Counted from the stretch's first letter, positions 27,020 to 41,075 are shown. The stretch is DNA of 64,000 bases from Eledone cirrhosa (GCA_964016885.1 OZ024740.1:256928001-256992000); one strand, 5' to 3'. Notes: generated from the sequence alone by a model not told the origin. Translations and numbers: made by a program.

Positions 27020-28066
27020 TATTAAAATAACAGATTAAAGTTTAAGCAAAGAATCGCTGCTTTCACCCTTAACGGGATCTTAAGGGTTGACGGCCAAGCA
27101 TATTTATCAATTCCAGTACCAGTTGTATCTCAGCGCACTCAATGGGCAATGTAAGATACATTACCAGAGTATACACATAGTTATTTGCCTCAACACAACA
27201 CACGTAAAACGGGTGCCGATAAGGTTCCCAGACTCGAGTTTCTGCAGCACTAATGCAGCAGTAAGGTGCACTGCACCATCTGTCTGCATATATTATGCAA
27301 CAATGCACAATCGGCTTATGCTGCTTCATCAGCGGGTATCGCCTAATCAATAACCAATCGATCGACATAATCCAAACACCGGCCCGCGCCGGTTATGACT
27401 GTTTGTGACAACCGACAAGGTAAAGCGATTAACTGGCAACCGATAGGACTCTATCTCTCAACTAGCCACTGATTTATAAATGTTACGTGGGGACGAGAAG
27501 CTAAAAAGAATCAATCTATTAGTTCCTGTCAGGAGATCTCAGCCAACGTGTTTCACACACAAATTATCAAGGGGTGAAAAGATGGCTATTAGAAATAGCA
27601 GTTCACATTGATATAAAATAGAATAGTAGCATTCGGTTCATGTCTCCAAGCCCCATGGCGATGGTAACAATGGTAGTGCCAAGAACCTTTAATGGACAGT
27701 AAATGCGATCATCCATTATATAACAATATAGTAGCGAGCTGAAATGTGTCAGCCACGTACGTAGATAACCAGTCTAATTCACAACTTAAAAGAGTGAGAA
27801 ACAAAATTAGTAGCAGGAAAAAGAGTGCATATCAAAACAAAAACAGAATATAAAGTGAAAAATTGTTTAACAACATAAGCCGATTGTGTATTGTTGCATA
27901 ATATATGCAGACAGATGGTGCAGTGCACCTTCCTGCTGCATTATGTGTGTTGTGTTGAAGCAAATCACTATGTATATACTCTGGTAATGTATCTTACATT
28001 GCCCATTGAATGCGCTGAGATACAACCGGTACTGGCATTGATAAATATGCTGGGTCGTCAACCTTT
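27020..28066 (-). mobile_element. Family H island with inverted arms (27085-27320 / 27872-28064)
   Basis: Mirror pseudo-ORFs at 27087(+) and 28061(-); flanked by (TA)n. Confidence 0.7.
27227..27336 (-). ncRNA. Type I hammerhead ribozyme with a long stem II
   Basis: CCCG CTGATGA a GCAGCA..(~70 nt)..TGCTGC a GAAA CTCGAG TC TGGG. Palindromic stem III and GUC site. Confidence 0.72.
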
Positions 28067-28076
28067 ATTATATAAG

Positions 28077-28109
<33 letters not shown>

Positions 28110-28118
28110 GTATATACA

Positions 28119-28748
28119 TGACGAGAGTTTTTCTTTGCAATGGATGCCGTAAGGACTGTCCATTTATTTTTGAAACTCGAAACCGATTCGGTAAAGGTAA
28201 CCATAGTGAGAAAAGTTAATTTTTAAAAATTTATTTTGAAACATTTTCTTATTTGCTAAACCTTGATTATATATGTTCTGGTTCGTTAATTTATTAACCT
28301 GCCATTGAACCACATTGGCATATGGTTGGACAATACATGTGTCCCTATGCGCTTTGTGCGTGTAGGGATATATACTTTATTATTATTCTCCTCTTGGTCG
28401 AGAAAAAAATTTGGTCGTTCTGACTGCTGCTAGTTATAGTGGTGGTAGACTGACCTCCCTGCCTTTGCTTCTATCTTTACACACGGCACTTGAAGGAATT
28501 GCTCCCACATCATTTATTCTCATCTCGGGAACAATTTTGAATAGCCCAATTCGTAATTTGAACTCGGGAATTTTATATTCTCCGAGAGAAAAGATCCTTC
28601 TGACGAGAGTTTTTCTTTGCACTGGATGCCGTAAGGACTGTCCATTTATTTTTGAAACTCGAAACCGATTCGGTAAAGGTAACCATAGTGAGTAAAGTTA
28701 ATTTAAAAAAAATTTATTTTGAAACTTTTTCTTATTTGCTAAACCTTG

Positions 28749-28752
<4 letters not shown>
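28119..28752 (+). mobile_element. Family I unit, 482-bp period, ~1.3 copies, flanked by (TA)n
   Basis: TGACGAGAGTTTTTC occurs at 28119 and 28601. Confidence 0.8.
28596..28679 (+). ncRNA. Canonical type I hammerhead ribozyme (family I)
   Basis: CCTT CTGACGA GAGTTTT..GAAACTC GAAA CCGATTCGG TA AAGG. GUA site, cleavage after 28675. Confidence 0.82.
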
Positions 28753-28799
<47 letters not shown>

Positions 28800-29365
28800 T
28801 TTCTGAATTTGTTTAGCAAGATTCTTTGTCTGAAAACGTGTGTTGAAACCGATATTGTTATGCTTTGGGAGGGTCATGTTGCCAATAAGAAACACACGCA
28901 CCAGTTACTTTCACTTCAATTTATTATAAATTAAATTTATAAATTTAGGAATTTATAAATTTCCGGTTGGTTGGTTGGTTCCACAACCAGACGATTGTTC
29001 ATATATTGTCAAAGTTCTTTCGTCATACATTATGTGACCTCTTCAGTGACTGGGGATTCTTTTCTTTGTTTTTGTGCCTCTCCTTTGTTCTGTCCTACGC
29101 CATCTTGTTTTTGTTGTGTGCTTAGTTTGCGCATGTGTTACATCCGGGTGTCTGTGTGTGTTTATATTTGCTTATTTATTTGTTTATTTGCATGTTACTG
29201 GTTGGTTGTTTGTTCTATGTGTGTGTGTGTTTTCATTTTGTCCTTAATTGTAAGTTGTAATTTGTGATGTTGCTCTTCCATTCATAGCAACATCAATAGC
29301 AACATCACAACTTACAATTAAGGACAAAATGAAAACACACACACACATAGAACAAACAACCAACT
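28800..29365 (-). mobile_element. Family E copy with HHR (29008-29050) and a short fold-back (29285-29365)
   Basis: GTCA CTGAAGA GGTCAC..TGAC GAAA GAAC TT TGAC on the minus strand; near-identical to 41075-41500 reversed. Confidence 0.72.
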
Positions 29366-29723
29366 ACGATTTCACAGAACTTATCTTCACCGATTTCAGG
29401 GACTTGACTCCTTCTTCCTCCCGTTTGACCTGTGCGAAATTCTTTCCTTGCTCCCATTTCGACGAGGTTTGATGGTCTTTATTCTCTCTCGTCCACGATT
29501 TCACAGAAATTATATTCATCGATTTCAGGGACTTGACTCCTTCTTCCTCACTTTTCGTTGCATTACCATCTTTGTTTGTTTACAGTCTCGCTCGTTCCCC
29601 TTATTTACGTGTCCCAACGACTTTCTTTAGCCGTTGCTCACACCAACCGGAGGTATATGGTCTTTAAAGCGATGAAATACCAATGAAGGTTGGAAGATCA
29701 CTGATGAAGGACTAAATTTATTC

Positions 29724-29754
<31 letters not shown>

Positions 29755-30327
29755 TGTATATATATATATGGTGGCTGCCAACTCGTTTTCGAGCACGGCC
29801 ACTACTCTATATCCATGTAGAAGAACCCCTACCGATGCGCTGAACGAGTGTGACTTTTTAGTCCAGCCAGCGACTTGAAAACTCTGGTACCAACACCACA
29901 CTTGTGACAATTATTGACACATAGTGCTGGGCCCATGGTACCATGTGACAAGTGCTGAGAGATCTCCAGATATAAAGCAATGCCTGTGCCGTGAAGCTTT
30001 TATAGTGAGCAAAGGCACTGCACAAAGCCAGTCCCACTCTCTTAACCAAGATGATATTTACCAAAAAGAAGAACAAGTCAACATCATTGGATACCATCAG
30101 GGTTGCTAAGGGGTCATCTCTCCCGGTGATTTTCGATGGCCATTGACTCTTAAGAGCTCCTTTGCCCTTTGACAGGTTTTGTTTTTAGTCCTGCAGGATG
30201 TCCAAAGTCACCCTCCTCACCAAGAAACATTGGTGGGGTTGCCAGTTTAGTCGCCAACGACCCGACCATGAGAAAGGTTGTACTGGGATACATGTTACCA
30301 GTAGCACCAACTGGTGACCTGACATAA

Positions 30328-30414
<87 letters not shown>

Positions 30415-30418
<4 letters not shown>

Positions 30419-31646
30419 GTAAGTATGCATGTATACGTACATACATATATGTATACAGACGTACAGTAGCATGCACATATATATATATATACATATATAT
30501 ATACATATGCATACAGGTACACATACATATATGCACGTATCAGTTTAGCGGCGCTAACGTCGCTTTGTTCGTTTGTAAACAAACTGAACAGCCTGAATTT
30601 ATGCCATACTGTACGTCTGTATACATATATGTATGTACGTATACATGCATACTTACATTTAAGTAAGTGCCATACTAAGAGTGAGAAATGAAATTTCGTT
30701 TTCATTTTGTTTCAATTTATCGTTTTCGGTATGCCTGACCGATTTAACTCACTCAATATGCAAATTAGGCTGCTCAGCCGTTAATTTTCATAAGGAAAGT
30801 ATATACTTTCGAACGTTCAACTATCTGGCAGATGGGTAAACGGTGATGATGATAGCTAACAAGCTTGAAACTAGTACATCGTTCCTGTGTCAGTGTTGAA
30901 CAAAAAGGTGACGTGGTTGCCTTAACACCGTATGGCATAAATTCAGGCTGTTCAGTTTGTTTACAAACGAACAAAGCGACGTTAGCGCCGCTAAACTGAT
31001 ACGTGCATATATGTATGTGTACCTGTATGCATATGTATATATATATGTATATATATATATATATGTGCATGCTACTGTACGTCTGTATACATATATGTAT
31101 GTACGTATACATGCATACTTACATTTAAGTAAGTGCCATACTAAGAGTGAGAAATGAAATTTCGTTTTCATTTTGTTTCAATTTATCGTTTTCGGTATGC
31201 CTGACCGATTTAACTCACTCAATATGCAAATTAGGCTGCTCAGCCGTTAATTTTCATAAGGAAAGTATATACTTTCGAACGTTCAACTATCTGGCAGATG
31301 GGTAAACGGTGCCGATGATAGCTAACAAGCTTGAAACTAGTACATCGTTCCTGTGTCAGTGTTGAACAAAAAGGTGACGTGGTTGCCTTAACACCGTATG
31401 GCATAAATTCAGGCTGTTCAGTTTGTTTACAAACGAACAAAGCGACGTTAGCGCCGCTAAACTGATACGTGCATATATGTATGTGTACCTGTATGCATAT
31501 GTATATATATATGTATATATATATATATATGTGCATGCTACTGTACGTCTGTATACATATATGTATGTACGTATACATGCATACTTACATTTAAGTAAGT
31601 GCCATACTAAGAGTGAGAAATGAAATTTCGTTTTCATTTTGTTTCA

Positions 31647-31650
<4 letters not shown>
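30415..31650 (+). mobile_element. Family D array: ~2.2 tandem 466-bp units (30607-31650) preceded by an inverted piece; HHR motifs at 30841-30881 and 31307-31347
   Basis: Duplicated pseudo-ORFs at offset 466; cggtg NNGATGA TAGCT-aaca-AGCTT GAAA CTAG TA catcg. Confidence 0.85.
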
Positions 31651-31721
<71 letters not shown>

Positions 31722-31850
31722 GCATACGTATGTATATATATGTGTATGTATATGTGTTTGTACGTGTGTATATATGTTTGTGTGTACGTATGAATATATA
31801 TATACGTGTGTGTGTGCGTGTTTATGCATAAGAGCGTGCGTGTGTGCGTG

Positions 31851-31881
<31 letters not shown>

Positions 31882-31904
31882 GTATATATATGTATGTATG
31901 TGTA

Positions 31905-31953
<49 letters not shown>

Positions 31954-32633
31954 ATATATATGTGTGTGTATGTGTATATATATATAGATATATATATGTA
32001 TATGCGTATGTATGTACACATATGTATGTATATGTGTATGTATATATTTGTATATATCTATGTGTGTATGTACCATTATGTATGTTTGTTGTGTATGTGC
32101 CTGTCTGTGTGTGCGTGCGTGTATGTGTGCGTACATGTGTAAGTGGCCACGTGTATGAATATGCTTGTCGACACTTGGAATATATATTAAATGAAACTTC
32201 ACAATAAGGGGGTTCACCCCAACATTTGAATCTGTTGAAGGAACCCGTTCTGCCTTTGTCACCCTTATTTCAATCTTAAAGAAATAGCTTCTAATGAATT
32301 TCCCTTTTCTTTAAACCATTGAACCCCGCCCATCCTGTAGACACCGGTCTTACAGGTATTGTTAGTCTAAAAAGTGATAAACAAGGATTGGTATTCCAAT
32401 TTTGAAATTGTTTACAGTATTTTTTCTGCCTTTGTTAATATTATAGCTTTAAAGAATTAGCTTTTAATGAACTCCCTTTTCTTTAAATCCTTCAACCAAT
32501 GACCTCCACTCATTCCAACCCCCACGCTCTCCTACCACCAGAAAAGGAAAGATATAAATACTACCACTCATTTGGACGGTCAGCTTCCTGATGATTTCTC
32601 AGTTCTAGTCCTGTAGAAGCTCTTCTATATTAA

Positions 32634-32705
<72 letters not shown>

Positions 32706-32745
32706 ATATTAAATAAATGGAAACTATATTTATAAAACCATATTT

Positions 32746-32803
32746 ATTCTATTATATATATTTCAAGGGTACCAACTTTTGGTACGCTATCATCAGATAA
32801 AAT
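32746..32803 (-). ncRNA. Type I hammerhead ribozyme at the PLE 3' end
   Basis: attttat CTGATGA tagcGTACCAA-aag-TTGGTACcctt GAAA TATATA TA atagaat. Confidence 0.68.
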
Positions 32804-33806
32804 ACGAAGTGTGTTTTATAAATTTTGACATAACCAAGGAAAATATATCTTAACGGTTCAAGTTATCCTTGTATAGTGAAGGGATAAGAGAAGAAAAGTA
32901 AGATATTTCAAATTATTAAGATGAGTATGCAAATGAGGTTTAGGTAAAAAGGCTGAAAAAAACGTTATTTTAGACGCTATGGAGAATTTAAATAATTATG
33001 ATAAGTTTTTGTATTCGAAGGAAAGAAGAGAAAGGAAGAAGAGTTTGCATTTACGTTAATTTGGGGTAAAAGAGTGGAATATGATTGCAGAGCTTAAATT
33101 TAAATTTATTTACCTATATTATGAGTTATAATATAGTATATATAATCAATTAGATTATATGAAGAATTATCGTTGTAAGTATTTTACCTTATTACGTTAC
33201 GATATGTTTATATGTATATAAATATCTATATAGATTAATAATTGCGTATGTATTAGTATTATAGAAATAGAAATAATTTACAATTATTAGCTGTTTATAT
33301 ATAAAATATGAGTTGCGAAGAATGTTGATTTTGTATTTTACTTAAAAAATAGGTGGTTCAAGTGTGAGAGTAGAACAATTTATGGATTCAAAAATTTTGT
33401 TCAACATTGAAAATGTTTTCAGAATATTGTTAATTTAGCGAAGTTATATAGATTATCAAACATAATATGTTTATGTTTGCACAATTGAGAAAGGAGAGAT
33501 ACCTCCAATTTTGTTTGTTAACCGTTAAATTTGATGAGTGATTTACTCCAAAATATATAGAGAAAATTATATATTATTTCGTGTGAGATCAATTATTTTA
33601 GTCGGAAGATGTGTGAATGTTTGAATAACAAAAAGAGAGGAAAAACGTAATGTGCTTTTCGAATATCTATCGTAAAGAGGATAAATTTTCAGAATGTCAT
33701 TTAAAGATTATCAATCTACATCTAAAAAAATATATTTAGTGTGGTGTCATTAGAAAAATAATGTCAGAATTAAAAATAATGTCATAATTAAAATACTGTC
33801 GGAATT

Positions 33807-33876
33807 AAAAATATAAAAAAATATAAAAAATATAAAAAATATAAAAAATATAAAAAATATAAAAAATATAAAAAAT
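33807..33876. repeat. (AAAAAATAT)n 9-bp tandem repeat
   Basis: About 8 copies, seen directly. Confidence 0.9.
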
Positions 33877-36800
33877 AATTTACATTTAAATTTTTAATAA
33901 GGTAGGATCATTTTGAAGGTGTATAGGAATATTATGAATTAAAAATAGTTCTGAACGTGGAATTTTGGCGATGTCTGCAAGAAGAAAATAATTCTGTTCT
34001 GAGATTAATAGAGTTTTGACAGTTAATTTTATAAAAAATTTCTTCGATACACAATTTACAGAATCTTGATAAAGCCATATTTCGGTATGCAGGTGCTTTC
34101 GAAATCGTTCTGCAAGATATTGAATAGTCTATATTGTTGTCTTTTAAGTTCCAAATTAGATGTGAAAGTGATGTAAAAGATTTTTTATCAGATCCCCTAA
34201 ATGCATGATTATAGTTATTAAGCGTTTTTTAAATTTTGTTGAAGTGGCACCAACATAGTTAAACATTTTACCCCTAGTTTTAACTGTGCATTTATAAACT
34301 ACGTTTTTGTCTAAACAATTATTTTGTAAAGGGCAGTTTGATTTGATTCTACAGTTACATTTACTGGAGTTATTGTTGTTCAGAAAGGTATTATTATTCT
34401 GAATATTGTTGGTAGAAATATTATTATTTCTATTTTGGTTAGTTTGGTTAGGGTTTAAATTTAAGTTTCTATTATTAATTCTATTTATATTTTGTGCTAT
34501 ATTCATAGTAGTAGAGTAGGATAGTTTTATAGTGTATCTGTTAAAAATAGAGTGGTATCTAGTGCTTTAAAGAATAGCTTTGTTAAAGGTGTCTTAATGC
34601 TTAATAAGAATAGGGGAAAGTACCAAATAATATTTCTAGTTCTAGTTTTTTTTGTTTGGTTTAGTGTTTAATTTAATACTAGGATGATATGTCATGTTAT
34701 TGTTATCTATGTATTTAATTCTATTCTTGTATCCTGCTCTATGTAAAGCTTCATTATAATATTCAGCCTGACGAAACAGATCTCTTTGTATTTGTACGCG
34801 TCTGTTATATAGTTATAGAGGTGCGTATATGCATTTTAATTTATATTTTTAATTATTGTGTGTCTACCCTGCCTTCCATAGTTTATAGATTCCATACACT
34901 AGTGGTTTTCCCTGTTTTATTGATGGCACACGATCTCTCTCTCTCTCTCTCTAGTGTGTTACCCTTTCAACATATGGTATTTTAAAGAGCTCAGGATTCC
35001 TTTTAATTTGAGCACATAATTTACGGGGAATAACGAGAGTGAATGGCTCCGTTAATTTATCCTGATATTTCGCTCCTAATAACAGCCTTTCCTCTCTCTC
35101 TGTTTGATTGAGCACATTTCTTTGAGGGGTTTTTTAAGCACACAAAAAACCAGAGGAAGCTATGCGTTGGTCACTATATGTAACAGGTGATTTAGTTCTC
35201 CATAACTTAGAGTTATAGAAATAATAAGAGGCTCCCAAGGTACCTTCAGAAAGTGAAAAGGAGATTTTATTCCTCTCCATAGTATACATAATCAAGGTAT
35301 ACTAGTAGGTTACGGAATTACGTCGACCATGGGTGCTAAACCTGTTTATAGACAGGCACCACATTAATACAAGCCAAACACAAGCAAAGCGGGGTTATTG
35401 CATGATCAAGCTGAAGCAAAAATACATAACAAAAATGGTTTGGTTCCTGTAAAACACACACATCTGGCGAGGAGTCACTACGTATGCATATCTACCGTAG
35501 AGGTTAGTCCAATCGGTTTCATATGCCCCGATTGTCTAGGAATTATAAAGATAGTGGATTGTCCGTAGATAGTAATTCGGTCCAGAGTTTATAACATATG
35601 TAGATCATCCGTAAAGTGCAATCCAGTCAGATTCATACGCTCACCAAAACATATCATCACATATAGTAACATGTATTACAGGCTGAATTTACACATCAAA
35701 AAAATCTCCACATGTTTAAAATCCCAGACCGTGAAGTACAATGTGTCCAAGTTGGAGCTTCAGATTCTGTACAACCAAATTCGTCACACCTAATCCAGCC
35801 GCGAACACGTCAAAATAATGCCAGGTTAAGTTCAGCAATAGTTCACCGTTGACCAAATGCGTACAGCACGTGGATTAACAATCTATACAAAACAGAAAAT
35901 AACACAAAGTGCTCAAATCAGTAAATCCACCAGGTACCCCAGTATGTCTATTAGTTGGGGTCATATCCAAACAGGCATACCATAATCATATAAGACAGCT
36001 TAGATACCCCGCGGAAATTTAGGAATTCGACTCCATAGAAAATAAACACATGCTACCTCGTTCGTCACCGCTATGGGTCTATACACACCATCACCGCTAT
36101 AGGTATATACACACCAATTCATGACGTAGAAGGTACATACGGGGTGTTACTCCCTTCAGTCACCAAGTAATGACGTTACAGTGGTAGAGAAAGTGGGATA
36201 CTCTAATGTGTCATCTATAAGGCTATTTAATTCGAACTGCCACCAAAAATGTAATCACCAACAGAATAACCATATTAATTCAATAAGATTCGTACAAATA
36301 AAAACTATATTATTATTAATTACTATTGAATCGCGGTTACCTTATGATATGTCAATAATCAAAAGGATAGCTTTACTAATTCTATTATGGGGGAGTGTTC
36401 AAACGGGTCGGGTTCAAACAGATAGTATAAAATATAGGTTCTACGGTAAAGGGAACTCTAATCATCCTAAGGTGCAAACACGGTGTCCCCAACCCCGGTA
36501 CGAGCCGTATCTATTACCAAGTATGGGGAGCGACAGTGTACGCATGTCCCGTTAGAGGGAGGGTCAAACAATTGAACTAGATACGCCCATATGGGTCTGT
36601 GGGACTGAGCCAGATGGGGCGAGTAGTTGAATTACCTTCCTCGTAATAGCAATGGGCTGCCATATAGATACAGTATCATTCGCTATCAAGGGAGGAGGGA
36701 CAATACGTAGGACGTTACGCTAACGATCAGGGACCAAAAACACAACAAAATAAATATGAATCCTTAGCCCAAACTGGGGCAAGGCGTACTCTCACACACA

Positions 36801-37139
36801 CCAGTAACCCTCAAGTTGGTGGCTGATGGGTTGTGTTATTACCCAACCACAGTGGCTATAGGGAAGCCACGAAATAACGGTCACATGGTGGTCACCCCTG
36901 TGAATTTAGACATTCACACCGTGGGCTGGGCGCACCGGAGACCAACCCATTATCAGGCAATATGCAAATGCAATGGAACAGAAGGCCCCATTGTCATACA
37001 AACTTACATACCGAGGGAGGTCCACAGGATGGGAAGGTAGTTGGTTAAGGATATAGGAATAATGAGGCGGAAAGTTAAGAGAGTGCTACAGGGCTACTGA
37101 ATAGGGAGGAGTGATTCCTCGGCAGATCTAAGTAATTAG

Positions 37140-37850
37140 CTTAAAGTGGTAAAAAGAATTAAGATTCATGTGTATACAAGAAGAAAATATCCCTGAGTTC
37201 CTATTGAGCAGGTTACATCTAGAGTATATTATGGCGTGAGACTCTAGAAGGCACAGGTTACAAGTTTTGCTCAGGGGCAGTAGGGCGTAGATTTAGTCAC
37301 CAATCTCCAATTAAGGGTATAATCGATACTATCATTTAAAAAAAATGAATATATTTAGCTAGGGAGGTGGCATTCTTGAACCTATCGTATCTAAATGTAT
37401 ATTTTTGGGAGTTGTATCTAGTCTTAAATGAGGTAGAAGTAGAGCCCACATATGTTTTGGTGAAGGTTGCCGTTACAACATCACATACATAAAGTATGTT
37501 TCTCATGAGGCAATTACCCTTCAAAGGGCAATTTTCACTCCGCCTACAATTACAATTTCGGTGTGTATTGCTGTTCTTGTCTTGGGAGGGCCGGTTGGTA
37601 AAACCTTCCCGATATGGTATATGTTCTTCCGAGGTGTTGCTACCAAACTCAGACACCTCATTTCCCAATGTCTTAGGTTGTTGGTGGTCATTTACAGATT
37701 TGATTGTGTCGAACCCTACTCTAATTTTCCTATTATTAGTGCGTGCTAGGTGGTAGGCCAAGTTTGGGATAGTGGAGTAGGATAATTTAATCGTATTTTT
37801 ATTAATTATACTATGGTATCTACTGCCAGCGGGAAGTTCTTTTCTAGAAG
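37140..37850 (-). pseudogene. Second PLE GIY-YIG endonuclease fragment (CxC-linker type), frameshifted
   Basis: CNCRRSENCPLKGNCLMRNILY..YVGSTSTSFKTRY..TSLAKYI, then CNLCLLE..LLNRNSGIFSSCIH. Confidence 0.82.
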
Positions 37851-38059
37851 ATGGTTTTGGGTATGTTAGTTAAGACTTCCGAGTTGTAGGGTGGGTTAAA
37901 GTATGTGTTCACTCTTCTTCTATTTTTGCTATTTTTCCCCACAAGAGTCAGGTTAATGTTAGAACTACCATTACCCCTAACGCCGTCAATATTAAAGCCA
38001 CGATATACCTGCTGTGAAACTCCCGCATTATTTTGGTCACTACGGGGCGGTGAATTCGC

Positions 38060-38232
38060 AGTAGCGGTAGAGGGTTGGACGCCATGCTTTGATGCATAGA
38101 GTTACAGCCCTTGCCATTCTGAGTTCAAATCCCGCCGAGGTTAACTTTGCCTTTCATCCTTACGGGGTCGATAAAATAAAGTACCAGTAATGCGCTGGGA
38201 TAATTGCTGGCCTTGTGTCAAAAGTAGAAACA
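38060..38232 (+). mobile_element. SINE with B-box-like head and conserved central domain
   Basis: GAGTTCAAATCCCGCCGAGGTTAACTTTGCCTTTCATCCTTACGGGGTCGATAAA; copies at ~49995-50075(-), 52745-52810, 57425-57542 and 62790-62950. Confidence 0.8.
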
Positions 38233-38855
38233 AATTTTTTGGTCACTACTCCCATTAATAACACCACGATGCGTAGAGATTCTAGAAGGGGGAAGCATAT
38301 ATGAATGAAAAATGGCATGCTGTGTTTCATTCCTAAATGCTTTCCCTTCGCTGTGACCTGTCATTTTCTCTTCCATTTCTGCTATCCCCTTTCTCTCTCC
38401 CCCTTCTATCTCCTTCCCTCTCTTACTTTCATTCACCCCCTCTGCTAGTCACCCTCTCTCGACTAGCCTCTTTCTCACACTTGCACTCACTCACTCTCTG
38501 CTACTCACGCTCTCTCACTTCCTCCAACGTCCGGCACTGTACGAAATGTTTTTCTCGTTCACTTTTCGCACGGTACGGATGGTCTTTCGTCTTCTCGTCA
38601 ATGTTCGCAAGTTCTTATGTTCAAATGAATCACTGACTTGATTTTCTCATTTTTCCTCTCTTTACGTTGCCTCAGCATTCTTGTTTGTTCACCTGTCTCT
38701 CTTTCTCCACCCAATTCTTTTTATCACAATAACTTATTTTAGTTATTGTTCGCGCTAGCCGGAGGTATCTGGTCTTTAATGCGAAGAAATACCTATGATG
38801 GCAGGCAGATCACTGATGATGGATAGTCCCGGCCTCTCTTTCTAATTTTTACTTC

Positions 38856-38967
<112 letters not shown>

Positions 38968-39144
38968 GGAAAAAAAATGAAACGAAATTTCATTTCCCAC
39001 TCTTAGTACGGCTGTTACTTAAATATAAGTATGTACACGTACATACATATATGTATACAGACGTACAGTAGTATGTATATATATATATACATACATGCAC
39101 ACATACTGTACGTCTGTATACATATATGTATGTACGTGTACATA

Positions 39145-39180
<36 letters not shown>

Positions 39181-39182
39181 TG

Positions 39183-39264
<82 letters not shown>

Positions 39265-39290
39265 GATGTATATATATATATTTATATATA

Positions 39291-39390
<100 letters not shown>

Positions 39391-39439
39391 TATGTATATA
39401 TGTATGTGGTGAGTAATATTGTAGAAAAATAAAACTTGG

Positions 39440-39625
39440 CATATATCAGATAAGTAGCACTCAACAGTTGGTAGGACTGGAATATATATAAAGAAGAAAT
39501 TAAAAGATGGTTAAAAAATGTCCATATATGTTATTATGCGCATTTCGAAAACAACATGTTGACTAGACTCTTTCTTGATCAGTGTTTTTAGGCCTCATAT
39601 CATGTTACCTTATTTTATCTGATGA
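39440..39625. mobile_element. Diverged family C fragment (inverted 3' part + forward 5' part up to CTGATGA)
   Basis: ttattatgcgcatttc on the minus arm, then atgttga..catatcatg..ttttatctgatga. Confidence 0.6.
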
Positions 39626-41075
39626 GAATAGAATTTGCTCCTATACAAGGGGCAGGTCCCATTTGTGTCATTATTTACCATTTTTTCCCATTTGATTCTG
39701 GCTCCTCTATATACTCTGATTTTATCTCTCTGATTGTAGCCAGAGAACTGCATCGGTGGATGAAGTGTTGTATGTGTTTCTCTAGTTCTTTGGGGTTGCA
39801 CATGCGGGACACGCTTCTCATCACCCCTACCAAATCCGCAATCAGTATGTTGATTTTGGTGTGATCCGAAACAGCTGAGTTTCGGTGGATCAGATATTTG
39901 GAAGTCATGGGTTTGGCATAATGGTAATGGAGGATTTGTTTTTTGTTATTAATGGTTTCTAACCAGAGCACTGTGTCTAGTACAGGTAATCGATGGTTGG
40001 GGTGTTTGCTTGGGTAGTCTATAGTAACTCTAATTCTCTGGTGGATGGAGTTAGCTATTTGCTGGATGCTTTCCATGGTGTTTTTCTCTAATTCCTGACT
40101 GTTCTCTAGTGGGGTGTTTTTACTACGATGTTTATATCATCAACGTAGCGGGAGTACATTATCAGGGTTAAGGGGTTGCTGTCTTCTAATTGTTCTTTAA
40201 ATTTAAGTTGAAGTCTATTGTCCCACCATACCATGAATAGGTTAGCTATGTCAGCTGCAATGCTAACACCAATGGCTGCTCCCTCCTCTTGGGCATATGT
40301 TTTTCCATTAAATTTGAACATATGTTCCTTATGTGATAAATTTATGCTGGCCCCCACCGCATTTGCAATCATTTTCTTTAGTTCATCGCGGTTTTCGGGG
40401 GTCCGTATGGCTCTGTTCCACCCATTCCATCTATGTGTGAATTTTCTTGACCATTGAGGTAATGGTCGGTGGTCTGCCTCTTACTGATCTTGTAGGGCAC
40501 AGGTTGCTAAGGCCATATGTATCTAGATAATCATTACTATAGGTAAGTTTAAGTAAGAGTCCCAGCTCACTGGTATCAATTCCACGGAATTCAACATTGC
40601 TCTCACTGATCATTTCCACGCATTTCTCCACAGCAAAATCCACGTCAATAGATGGATACAGGGACACAATATCCATACTACCTATTATGCAGTTTGTCAG
40701 GTCCCTAGATCGGTTACTCTCGCCCATTCTGCTGAGGAGGTCCTCCGTGCTGTCACATATATCTGGGGACATTTCAATGATGGGGCGTATGATCAGGGAG
40801 AGGAAGTAGGAAGGTCTGTAGTTACTAGCAATGTTAGCTCCACAGACTGGCCATGTTGGTGGTCCTGTGACAGGGTCACTGCTCGTTTTATGGTCTTTTC
40901 GAACCCCATAAAATGCTGGCACGCCATTCTTCCAGGCGTGGAAGTTGTTGGCAGTCCTTTTGTTGGGCTGCATTATATTTGTCCACATCATCATATGGGC
41001 ATTGAGGGCTTTTTCCCTATCCTCATGCTCTTGTGGTGTTACTTCTCTTGTGTTAGTGATGTGGGGTTTAGACAA
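39626..41075 (-). pseudogene. PLE-type reverse transcriptase fragment, frameshifted
   Basis: FYGVRKDHK, GSMDIVSLYPSID, GAAIG..ADIANLFM, YSRYVDD, LPVLD, HYAKPM across ORFs 40431-41108, 40106-40372 and 39675-40076. Confidence 0.85.

Larger units (their letters stand above)
32700..34770 (-). mobile_element. 5'-truncated PLE (CxC-linker GIY-YIG, Naiad-like) with an AT-rich 3' UTR ending in a family-B-like HHR
   Basis: CNCRIKSNCPLQNNCL..VVYKCTV..YVGATSTKFKKR, then IWNLKD..FCKLCIEE..ELFSSCRH (~33950-34500). The clade name is inference. Confidence 0.8.

Noticed and set aside
29640-29722. CTGATGA here and at 38813 as ribozymes
   Set aside because: The two loci share a repeat, but neither shows stem II followed by GAAA.
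29770-30325. Possible LINE 5' UTR or SINE
   Set aside because: It has a repeat-like look but no second copy or protein motif in the window to support a call.
33750-33876. CRISPR-like array
   Set aside because: Simple tandem repeats without unique spacers, in a eukaryotic context with no cas genes.
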